A stretch of 35,410 nucleotides of DNA from Catajapyx aquilonaris (lineage: Eukaryota): assembly GCA_000934665.2 (NCBI GenBank), contig KZ539045.1:1-35410 (forward strand), given 5' to 3'. The notes under the pieces were generated by a model. It was not told where the DNA came from. It ran no database searches and saw nothing but the letters and a program-made list of their open reading frames with translations. Position numbers and translations under genes: made by a program. Of the stretch, positions 21,345-32,879 are shown in pieces. Positions within the stretch are counted from its first letter, which is position 1; each line of letters opens with the position of its first letter.

Positions 21345-24151
21345 CACAAATACATAAGCAGCATTTATGCAGCAAATTGCAAATTAATGTGTATTTACAT
21401 ACCGGTACGCCAAGTTTTTACTGATAGTTGTCCTTCTCGATTAGGTGCTGACAAAGCTGTGTATAAATCAGCCTAAACCCATCAGATTGGTGAGTAGCCT
21501 GGTGCCGAGGCTCCACCAAGCGGCTAGGCTGACTTTTTTTTATTTTTGAAAAGTGTGTTGGCCCAATGCGCCAGCAGTGTTGTCAAGCTGAGTGCAAATT
21601 CCCTGTGCCCCACCGCACATCCATCTCTCAGATCGAAACGTAATTTAGGGTCCCCAAAAAAGCACACCGCCTAGTGCTGCTGCGAAGAAAGCGCCATTAC
21701 CTAATGCACATGCAGCAGTGCAACTCCGATTTTCTGCCAACAAATAGGCCTACATGCCAAGGGCGATAAATCCTATGGCCAGCAGGGAAGAAATGCGCTA
21801 TTCTGAGAGAAGGATGGATAATAACATCACAGGGAGAGAGAGAAAAGAATACGAAGTAGTGAGTACTACTTCCTTTAATGATATTGGCCCATAGGGAGGA
21901 TTCCCTCAGAGAATATGTTCCCTGTAGACAATAGAGCCCGTAAGAGACTCTTTCGTGACTACCGTGTAGGGGATGCGTTTTCTGGATACTTTGGTGGTTT
22001 TGTAGCTGTCCGAAGACCACGCCCACTCTTTCGCTCTGCCAGGAAGTAGCCAAAGTGGGAACAGCTTTATTATGGGTGAAAAAGACGTTTCTGGTCACGA
22101 TGGAGGGTTCATGAGACCATTTTCTCGATCAAATACTAGTAGGATAAAATAAATAGTTGCGCAAAATAGATGCTGAGCTGAGAGTATAAATAATTACATA
22201 CCGTATATTTTTATAACAAAACACAACCTTAATCTTTCCTGGTGAAATATAAATCAACGACCAGATGGGTCAGGAAGAGCATTCAACCCTTATTGAGTTG
22301 TTTTGGGACATTACATCACAATCAAAATACGTAGTGTATAGCTATCATGTCTATCTGTCTTACTATTGCCATCTTTGAGAGGATTTTTTTTGTTAACAGG
22401 GATACAAATCTGAGAATAGCTCATGCAAATGCCTCTGAAATACCGTATTGGTGCAAAATCTCTTTCATTACAATACGCATACTAAACTTGAAAAAAATCC
22501 AGTCGTAATTTGCAATACTCTTGTTTGCGATATATGCCAAGCCTGAAACAGTGACGGCTGAAACGATGTTACACATTTTTCTACCCTTCATCAGACTGTA
22601 CAGCATATTGGGGCGCACAAATCCCCTTATTAATAGTGCATAAACCGGAACATTGACCAGGTCAATAGCAGACCAAAAAAAGTTTGTTACCCATATTTTC
22701 TGTTTGCGTTTGCTTCCTCTGAGAATTGCGCCACTTCTGAAGTCAATATCAGCCTGTAGGGAAATATTGTAAAATTATGATACTTTGTAACGGATGTAAC
22801 CTCTACTTGATTATATCAGCGGTCCTTGACTGAGAAGGGGGTTTCATCAGCGAGTGCTTAATCTCATTCTAGACGCACTCTACTCACTTCCTGCCGCACG
22901 CAATCAAGCATGGGCATCAAGAATATCACAGAGTATATGCTCATTACGGCATGACAAAGTCGGGCCACTGCACTGCCACTAAAGGTGGATTCCTCTATAG
23001 ATGTTTATTTTCCTGGTTATAAACATTTTAGGTAGACCCTGAATCCACAAAATGTTTCCTTCACTGCGTTGCATTTGAAGGGGACTGGTAAATATTCCAG
23101 TTGGGTAGCAAGAGTTAGTCGACTTCAAAGTAGACGCTCTGGGCGTGTACAGTGCACTATTACAAATACGATTCTGCCCTGACTACGGTGATAAACTGCG
23201 GGTGGTTGTCAAACTTTCGCAGTGTGAGGGGCAACAATCATCATTGTATGATATAACAGTCATTTGCTCAAATCTGGGCCACAGTTCAGCACAGAGATTG
23301 GGTTAAATTTGGCCAATTTTTTATACCACATAAAGGTAATTAAATCCATCCTGACAAAACTACAGCAAGATAATGCAGCATGCCCCAGCATTGTTAGGGC
23401 GAGTAAAACCCAGCCGAATGTAAATTATAATAATGGGGAACTAGCCTTGGTCTGGGATTTGGGATATTTGTTCATAACTAGCTAGCCCATGCCTGTAAAC
23501 ATACATTCCATCACTCTGTTGCATCAAAATGACATTACTGGATAAATTACGGCACATTTAAAAGTGCCTTCAAAATTGGCGGGAAAAACGCCGCTGCCAA
23601 TCGAAAGGGTACACTGAAATGCCTGGCTGACTGCGAGATATGAGGAATTTGACTTTGAATTAACCGCGGACACGACGGAAAGCATTCGCAAGGCGGCTGT
23701 AGGCCATCGAGGTGGAGAAAGGGGGCCTTCATGTGCCGAATTCGGGTGACAGATGATTCCTGCCAGTTGGCACCACTGCCAGCCCCTTAGCTGATTGAGC
23801 GGCGTAGTGAAGTAAAAACGCGCCCCGGCCGCTATCTTGCTCACGGAATGGGACGGTTGCTAACCACAGCGAAGCTTACAACAATGACGGGGCGCGTTCT
23901 ATAACACCATTTTTGCGTTCATTTCACTTCGCGTGACGTCAATATTTTCTAGGGAAACAGTGACGTCACCATTTCCCTACATGAAAGCCCCAATTACTCC
24001 GGAACGGGAACTGATATCTTAAAACGGAATATGCCAAAAAAATCCAAAAAATATGGGCGAATTTATTATGTAGTTTCCAAAATGAAGGCTACTTCCCCAT
24101 TCTGTGTTACATTTTTTAAACCGCCGTTTGGTTCTGTTGTGCAATTATTGT

Positions 24152-24975
24152 CTCACAAGGAAACCTCTCGAAGTGTCACTCGAAGTTCAAGGCGATTTTT
24201 TTTCTTCGGATTCCTTATCAGCTGGAAGGAAAACACCCATCCGGCAAAATCCTCGATCTCAAGCGTTTTCGAGATACGGAGGTCAATAGGTCACGAATGG
24301 ACGACTTTATGAAGGCCCTGAGGAAAAAGCTATCATTAGGGCTGTCGGTGAGATTTTTGGAATCTAGAGGATTCTTGGGATGAGGAATACAGTGGCAAAA
24401 CCGGAAATAGTGAATTATGCAAATTGAGGGTACTTCTCAGGGAAGGGGGTGGGGGGACAAAAATTACTATGAACAAAGTATTTTTTACTGCTTACGTCTT
24501 TAGACAGTGACTGGACACCCAAGTTGGCGAATTTCATGAAATATATCATGTAAACATGAATTATGTAGAATTTCTGAAACACCCCTCCTGACGAAATTCA
24601 CCAACTTTGGTGTCCAGTCACTGTCTCAAGACGTAAGGAGTAGAAAATAATATGTTTATAGTAATTTTTGTCCCCGGCCCATCCCCTTCCCTGAGAAGTA
24701 CCCTTAATTCGCATAATTCACGATTTTCGGTTTTACCACTGTATTCCCCATCCCAAGAAACCTCTAGATCCCAAAAATCTCGCCGATAGCCCTAAATGCT
24801 AGCTTCCTCAGGGTCTTCATAAAGTGCTCCATTCGTGACCTTTGACCTCCGTACCTCGAAAACGCTTGAGATCGAGGATTTCCCCAGAAAGGCGTTTTCC
24901 TTCTAGCTGATAAGGAACCCCCCAAAAAAATGTCACCTTGAACTTCGAGTGACACTTCGAGAGTTTCCCTGTCAG
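24152..24975. mobile_element. Fold-back element: two ~385-bp diverged inverted arms with a ~50-bp spacer
   Basis: 24152-~24538 matches the reverse complement of ~24590-24975 throughout, e.g. CTCTCGAAGTGTCACTCGAAGTTCAAGG, AATCCTCGATCTCAAGCGTTTTCGAG, GGGTACTTCTCAGGGAAGGGG and AGACAGTGACTGGACACC. Scattered substitutions and indels. The ORF track shows the mirrored peptides LEVSLEVQGD...PRSQAFSRYGGQ on both strands. Confidence 0.88.
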
Positions 24976-26619
24976 TGAGCGTGGTCCAATAACCGTATAT
25001 TGCGGGCAACGTCAGACCAAGATATTTGTTTCACTTATATTATTGATGTAGCAATCTTCTCCCAGCAAAAGTAATATTGAAGATCATACAAAAGAAGAAA
25101 AAAAAGTTGATCCGGAGGTAATCGGATTGACTTCATTGATGTAACGGCTATAGCACTCACATTTTTTTTTCCATCGACAAATGGGATGCTTATCCAAGGA
25201 ACGTTCCAATGTCAATCGATCGGTGTTACTATAACTATAATAAAACTAAATAATTTCGCCAACAAACAGTCATGAAAATAAAGACATGCAGCAGGATAGT
25301 GCCCCCTGGAAGCTGCAATAGTAAAAGAAAGGGATATGTGCAGTGCAATACACGGCTTCCAAGCAATTCCCTTTTTTCTTTTGGAGCCTTCACGACGGAT
25401 ATTTTACGCGGAAACATTTCAACAAAGTATCGGAGGTGCAATAATCACGCTTCTCCCTTCCTCGCGCCTCGGATCGAACCACCACTTTGCTTTTATGGAT
25501 AGAACTGACGCCATCAACTTGAAAAACCAGCCAAGGCAAAAGGCAGAGGGACTAAAAAGCATTTTGGGACAAAAAAAAAACATTAGTTTTACATGCCTCT
25601 CTCACTTTGCTTGGTGTTCTTACAAGCTAACCGCTTCAGCATGTTGAAAAGAAAATTGCGGGACAATCTGTGTCATATCGTATCTCGTGGTTTTGCTTCC
25701 ATGACAGTTTTTGGTCCAGTAAGTACTATACACTGCAAGATACACTGTATACAGCAGTACCTGGTCCAAGTAGTCTCCTTTAAAAATTACAATCTCTTTT
25801 ATTCCCGACATTACCTTCTTTCAATTAACGACAAGAGAGTTTCTCACAGCAATATTTCATCACTATAGGTTTACCTTGGATTAGAAGATACGTAGAATTG
25901 CCATGTAAGTGCCATATTTAAAAATAGGGTATCATTTGGGCATGTCTGATATACATTCTTTCTGTCATATCTGCTGTCAATTAAATTATTGAAGAACACT
26001 TCGCAGTAGAATCATGCCTTATTATCATGATAATTATGAAATAAATCGTTTAGGGGATAAACCCGTCAAATTAAAATGGAGGAGATAAGCAGCCAGCCAT
26101 TAAATTCTCAGAAAATTGTAATAAAAATGCTGGAATGCAGCTTAGAAGGTCAGCATGCCTTCCCAAAAAAAACTCTTCTGAAGGGTTATTGGCTACACTA
26201 TACGGGTGAATGTAAGGCTGGAGATAATCGCCATATTCCCTTTGCAAAAAAATTCCAGCATTTAAAATTCGCATTTTCCTCCACCGTATAATCCGGTGAG
26301 CTAAGCCGGATGAACAGGGCGATCGAGTGCTTTGGGGCGCCCCGGAGTTTGCAGAGGCAGTCTGCTACTGTTGCCAGGGTAAATATCGCAAAAGTTGGAA
26401 CATAGGATTAGTCGGCCTTGTAACTGATGTTTGAGGTCCCTTGTTGTGGCGTCCAACCACGTACTAAACTGCTCCTTGGAGGCCCTACACAATACCAACT
26501 TAGCCGGCGATTGAAATCTCCCGCATTTCCCTAGCCAGCCCTTTGGAATATGGAATTTATCCACTCAGGTCTTGCATATTATACCACCACACTTCAAACT
26601 TCCATCATCATCCGTATTC

Positions 26620-26620
<1 letters not shown>

Positions 26621-26688
<68 letters not shown>
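26621..26688. repeat. (TAT)n microsatellite
   Basis: Direct reading. Confidence 0.97.
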
Positions 26689-26689
<1 letters not shown>

Positions 26690-27420
26690 GTTATTATTGA
26701 TGTTGTTGTTCATGACTTTCAAAATGTCCTCTGCAGACATACAGATTGATAAGGACACAAAAATGTAAGAAGTAGGCTTTATAGTGCATGGAAGATTGTA
26801 ACCCAGATGTACTGTACACACGCTTGCATTATCGTAATAAATTAACTGTATTATTTTTGTCTGATAATGATCTCTGCTACTAATCCCGAAATGCATTTTG
26901 TGTAAAATCAGCTTAGTTTTCCCTGCCGACAGTAGTTGTACAGGCAGAGAGGTCTATTCCAGATTACAATTTGTTCGTAGTTAATGTGAAGCTGTTTTAT
27001 GCCAAAAAAGTTACTTTTGCAAATACTCAGAAGTTGACTGTTGCATTCAGGAACGACCCTCAGAATATTATTACTATATAGCAAACTGCCTGCAGTACAA
27101 AATGCTCAAACTACTCGTATACCAGTAGGCCTACATTACATTTCTGCATTGCATGGTCAGGTAACACATATTGCAGACATTAAGTTGAATTGGGAACGAA
27201 TATAGAGCTGGCATTTGTCTCAGCAGCCTTGTCACCTACAGTAAATTCGTCTCCAAACTTATTCTAATATGAAAATAATGTTATTTCAGTGAAGCTTAAT
27301 TTGATAATAGGCCTACTCTGTAAATAATAAGTGCGTACATGCACACAGCTTACATGTGTGCGTAATTGTCCGCATCACACGAAACTTGCGGTGTACAGTA
27401 CACCGAGATACAGTACCGTA

Positions 27421-27782
27421 TTTTTATTTTTATTTTATTTTATTTTACTTTATTTTACCCCGTGATAGGTCTACATAGGACTTTTTGGGGGGTGGTACAC
27501 CACCATCAATTTTTTAGTACTTTTTCTTCAATCTCCGGTGCAAGAAAACAGGACAATGGGAGAGGATAGGGATTTTTGGGGAGGGGACACGGGTGCAAGT
27601 GCAATGTCTCAAGGTTAGGCCATGCGCAATCCCCCGGGAGGTTAGGTTGCCAGACACCTCCAAAGGTGCAGGTCAGAGACCCTCCCGACGCAGGCGAAAG
27701 GGAACTCCCAAGCGGGTATCGAGACTGGGACCTTTCACTCAGCAAGCCGAGACGTTACCATGTCGGCCACCACACCTTCCCC
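27421..27782 (-). mobile_element. Full-length tRNA-derived SINE with A-rich (TAAAA)n tail and TSD
   Basis: Minus-strand head has an A-box-like TGGCCGACATGG (27769-27758) and a B-box-like GTCTCGATACCC (27725-27714). (TAAAA)n tail at 27421-27456. Direct repeat TACAGTACCGTATT at 27409-27422 and 27783-27796. A second copy of the 3' part lies at 1-128. Confidence 0.85.
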
Positions 27783-30406
27783 TACAGTACCGTATTAAAC
27801 TTTGCTGAACTTACACAGCTGAGATGTTGATTCAAGCATTTGCACACTTATGCATTGCAGTGTACTCCATGAGTGTTATATTACACACACATAATAATAT
27901 TATGCTACACCTCTGAGACATCATTTAACGCAGCACATAATATCATTGGAAATGATTTGTATCATTATGGGGAAGAAGCATTTATTATTTTCTTTGCAAA
28001 TCAGAAGTGACTTACGGTTTATCAGTAATACGAGAAATTGGGTGTAACGTTAATATATGGACTCAATGGCCATCATAATGTTCAAAATTAATAATACAGT
28101 AAAATTCGCATCATCAGGTAAGAATATTCATATTAGCCTGATGCAAACCATCAGTCACTAAATAGGCTCACACAAACTCAATCATGCTTTAATCTTATTG
28201 CGGGTCCCACAAGTAGTGCCAAAGACTGGCCAAAGATTCATAAAGGAGAGACTCCAAAATCTCATTCCGGCAATCACCAACATTTTTCTGAAGATTCAAA
28301 TGCTGTCCTGTCACCATGTATCAAAACGGTCTTATTTTGGGCGATATCATTAGCAGGAGCGCCCTCCCAAATGCGGAGATTGCTCTTCCCTTTAGAAATA
28401 GCTAGGACGGTGCTTTAGAATCGTAATGGTTTATTAGGATCCCCTGATGTGGGATAGTAACGCGATCAAAAAGGGGGGAACTCCCTCCATTTTCACCCCA
28501 GCTGCACAGACAGAAATTTGCAATCGCCCCCTTCCAACTTTCAATTTGCCAATTATCGACAAAACACCCCTACATCAGTCTGGCCAGAAAAAAGAACTAA
28601 TCGTGCTTTTGAAAATCCTCCTCTAGTTTTGGAATCACATCGCCAGGGCAGGCAATCACCAGCACCCCCCCCCCCCCCTAATAGCGCTCGGGGAACCCCC
28701 ACAGCCCCAAATTGGCGACGCTACTTCATGTAAAAAAGATGAAATGCGATTGGTGAAATAGAGTTTGGGTGGTGGCACAAAGTGCATCCCTCGATTCTTG
28801 GCCTCTCTCTCGGTAGCTACAGCAGGCCTCCTCCTCTTCCTCCTCATCGACCCCCCGGCAGGAGCCCGTGACTCCACCCCAGCAGCCCCCCTGCAGCTCA
28901 TGTGAAGAATCACCTCATTCTGAGGACGCCTCTCTGCAACCACCATTCCATACCTCACTGCCTTGGCCCTCGGGGGAGGCCACTCGTGCCTTTGCAACCA
29001 GGCCTACTTGTCATTTCACACTCCTAATGCAGCTAGCGCCCCCTAGTCAAGCAGCCATCTTCGAGAGGTGGGAACAGCAGTGGGAGTCCTACGCACACGT
29101 ACTGTATATGGACATGACAGATGGGATGGACTGGGAGAGTCACAGGCCACAAAAGAGACGAGGCCGCGTTTAGTGTGTGCTGCATCAGTGAGAACTGGAT
29201 CCCGCGACATATTCATTCTTGAAAAGGCTAGCAGAGGGAGTACACACAAATACGTGGATTTCAAGGAGTTGAGTCGTGAGATGACAGTCAAAAAGCAGGT
29301 TTCAGTGTAAAATATTTTCAAACTCGAATTAATGCGGTAATTTTTTTCCCTAGAGCATGGCTATATAGTAACTAAATATTATTCTTCATTTAACGGCTCA
29401 ACAGTGGGATGCTGCCAAGATAATTACTCCTATATAGTTTGCACACACTCATTCCCTAGGGTTAGGTTTGGATAGCAGGTTACTCCTTGTGTCTACAACT
29501 CATTCCACGTTGCATAGTGGGGGGTAAGGGCGGAGATGGAGAGGGGAAAGGTCGTCTAGGGAACTCTTCTCTAACTAAAATAACAACTGCCTCTTCATCG
29601 TTGTAAATATGCAAGCTTGATCGACAGCTTTGTAGGAAGAAGAGTTTGACATGCTTCTGGATTATTAAAACATATCACGTCCCTCTGGGAGGCGTGGAAA
29701 ATGAAGTAAAACTTGACCAGATATTCCAAAGTCGTAAAACTTTGGAAAACACCCTCTAAAAGGACACAAAGAATAAAAATGTACGTAGGCCCTACTAAGA
29801 TTTTCATTTTTAAAATCTGGTAATCGATGGTCTAACGCCTCCGGCGGGCGTGCTTGTTTTGCACGTATTAAATAATAAACATTTATGTTGCAAAATCAGG
29901 ATTGTGGGGAGGAAATGAGCAGTGCAGCAAGTTTTCAAGTAAACTATCGCAGCTCCATAGCAGGCATGAACATCGACTCTCTGAACACCACATTGTTGGG
30001 GGGAAGCCTGATGACCTCCTTAATTAGCTGGTGAGTCAGTGAAGGACTAACCTTCTGCTGGCAATATACTGTACAACAAGAGCAATAATTCCGCAAACAT
30101 GTTTACTCCTCACTGTAGTGCAATAATTATAAGCCCCTCTCATGTCATGCTAAGAAAACTTCGTTACTACAAGCTGTTCAATTGGTCGCTAACTCTCCTC
30201 GAACTGCGTGCAACAGTGAGACAAAAAGACTACGGAACAGTGAGAAGCGTTTAGTAAACAGCACCCCACTGCAACTCGGTTTTTTCATATATAGGTTTCC
30301 CTGTCAGATCTCCGTGACTTCATAGAGCGGCATATCAGTAGTTAGGTGGGTTGCCGCTTCGCTTTAGTTTCTACTCTTGGCCCGTTCCTTCAGTTACTTC
30401 ATCCAA

Positions 30407-30753
30407 CGAGGAGGGGGGGGGGGAGTGGCGCTGTGGTAACGTACGCGCCCACGGATGTAAAGGTTCAGGCTTCGATACCAAGCCCGGGCATCCCCCTTTC
30501 ATCTCGTGCAGCGTTGGGTCGTCGCTGGCTTCGTCTCGGGTGGGACTCCTGAGACTAACCACCCGGGGGAGTTCACAAAATGTACCACGTTATAGATATT
30601 GCATTGCACATTGCACATCCCCTCCCACTCATCCCCCCTTCGCTCGCGGTACCCGGGCGTTACAGAAAAGGACCAACCTGTACTAGCTTGTACATTTCTA
30701 AAGCAAATCAAGGTACCGTGCCAGATGCCCATCAATGGGAGGTGCATTAACCC

Positions 30754-30841
<88 letters not shown>

Positions 30842-30842
30842 T
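30407..30842 (+). mobile_element. Full-length tRNA-derived SINE with (TAT)n tail and TSD
   Basis: A-box TGGCGCTGTGG (30426-30436), B-box-like GGCTTCGATACC (30468-30479), and (TAT)n tail at 30754-30842. Direct repeat CTTCATCCAA at 30397-30406 and 30843-30852. Confidence 0.82.
30754..30842. repeat. (TAT)n microsatellite forming the SINE tail
   Basis: About 29 TAT units. Confidence 0.97.
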
Positions 30843-32867
30843 CTTCATCCAAAAATCGGCAAACAGCGAATCTGGGGGTGGAACACAGCGAACCAAGACT
30901 CCCAAACCGCCAATTCAAATCTTTCAGGCATGGTCCGTATGTTCCTTTGAACTGGGGCCTGTTCGCATCCACGTTCTCATGATCCGTTCTAATAATAGTA
31001 CTTATTGTTAGTGGATCAGCAGCCTGGTGGGACTCTAAAGATCCACGCGATAAGAGGGGAAGTTGCCAGACCTGTGTATATATACACACACTCCTCGATC
31101 GTGGTATACAGTATGATAAAATTTGCTGGTAGGCCTACGTACTCTTTGTGAAGAGCTTCGGCATTTTAGTACGCTAATACTACCTATACATATCCGAAAA
31201 CATACTTTTTGTGCATCCTTGCTTGGAGGGAAGAATGAGTATAATCGACAACTATGAATAATTTAAAAAACAGGGGAAGGAGTGGGGGAAAGGCAAGGGG
31301 AAAGGGGAGAGGGAGTGAAAGCTTGACAGTCACTAGGGTAACAGGACGTATTACAGTACAAATACGTGCAGCTTCCTATGCTCGCCATTCCCATAACGAG
31401 ATTTTAACCTTCACTTGTGACTTGTTTCAAAATAATGGCCACCAGAAGCCGTTAAAAAACGCCTCGGGGGGAAAAGCAACGTCAAGTGCGAGTTTCTTAA
31501 TAACAAGGGCGCATGAAGCGTTTTCTAACTTGATAATTACATATTCTGTAGCTATCCATCCAAGGGAAACGTCTGCTCCCAAGATTACACGGCGCAAGCA
31601 GCCTAAATAATGCATAAAATTGCTTGCTCAAAATTAGGCTACACTCAATTTTTCATGCAGCTTCAAGGTTGTCTCTTAGAGTGTTGGTACATTTCATTCT
31701 AAAACTTCTTGTCACGATCGTGCAGCCTGAAGACCTGTCAACACGTGGTATTTGCATACATTTCCTTTTCCCGCTTAACCAAACTGTAAGGCGAACTGGA
31801 CAAACTTCTCTCCCTGATATCTTCACTTAACACCTGATTTTTTTTTGTACACTGAGTTCATGGATAAAACACTGTAAAAGTGTTTTTTTACATCTTGAAG
31901 CTACAAGCTGCGTATTAATTGAACAAGTCATTACGCTGTGCAAATGCGCCGTACTTGGGGATGAAAATGCGGAAATAAATTTCTAAAGCTCAAGATTAGG
32001 CCTAGTCTTATCTCAGCGGAATACAAAATAGGTTTTGCATACGTTTAAATACACCATTACCTACTTCCAAGCACCGGCACAGGTAATATTTTCAGGTTGG
32101 CGGAGATCAAGCTAATCAAGGATGAAGTGGCCCTTGTTAATTGCACTGCATATCGAATGCAAATTCCTATTATCGAGAAGTCGTTACCAAGTTTAGGTGG
32201 AACTAACTTACTACATAAGTTTCCTGCTTAGAAAAAAGTTCGTGACGGTTCTTTCGATTATCTGGCCCTGCTCCCTGTTTATCGGTTTCGCCAATCATCG
32301 ACCCATAGCTTCTTCTGCGAATACTTAACAATCTTCCGCCTACAATAAAAGCTGCTACGCAGTAAAAAAAAAGGTCACGCAGAATAAAATTATTGTTCCA
32401 TGATAGCCATTAAGCTGTTATTACGTGACTGTTTTATGTATGCTACTAAATGTTAATCGTATCAACTCATGTAGTACATCACCTGATGATCACTAATTTG
32501 AAAATGGGGATATAGAAATCGCTTTTTAACAGGTGGAAACATTAGCACTATTCTAATATGTGTATTATAATTTTATCTGGCCTCTACTACTTCATGACAA
32601 CCAATAATATATCACAATTCAGTCTTCATCGACATACTTGTCACATAGAGTTCTACTCTCTGTCCTTTCAGGGCACATAATTTTTCCAACTCTTTCCTCA
32701 CTGCCTGCTAAAGCTCGTTGACTCACAACTTATGAGTCACCGTGTAATCTCAGCTCTCTTTACAGGTTTCCCCAACTGAGATCTTCCCCTAAAAAAGTTG
32801 AGAATTTGTAAACCCTCCACTACTCCAACGGAATTGAACAACCCCCCCCCCCCCCCCCATCCCTCCT

Positions 32868-32879
32868 NNNNNNNNNNNN
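32868..32879. other. Assembly gap (12 N) between poly-C tracts; a further single N lies at 33206
   Basis: N characters flanked by C homopolymers. Confidence 0.98.

Noticed and set aside
24031..25009. Pair of similar ORFs on opposite strands, suggesting duplicated genes
   Set aside because: They are by-products of the inverted repeat, with no recognisable protein features.
27700..27782. Functional tRNA gene (also considered at 30415-30490)
   Set aside because: The B boxes are degenerate and I could not form a clean cloverleaf. The sequence continues into a SINE body, tail and TSD.
30499..31089. 196-aa ORF and overlapping poly-Ile/poly-Leu ORFs (also 26550-26896)
   Set aside because: The open frames are created by (TAT)n microsatellites and SINE sequence.
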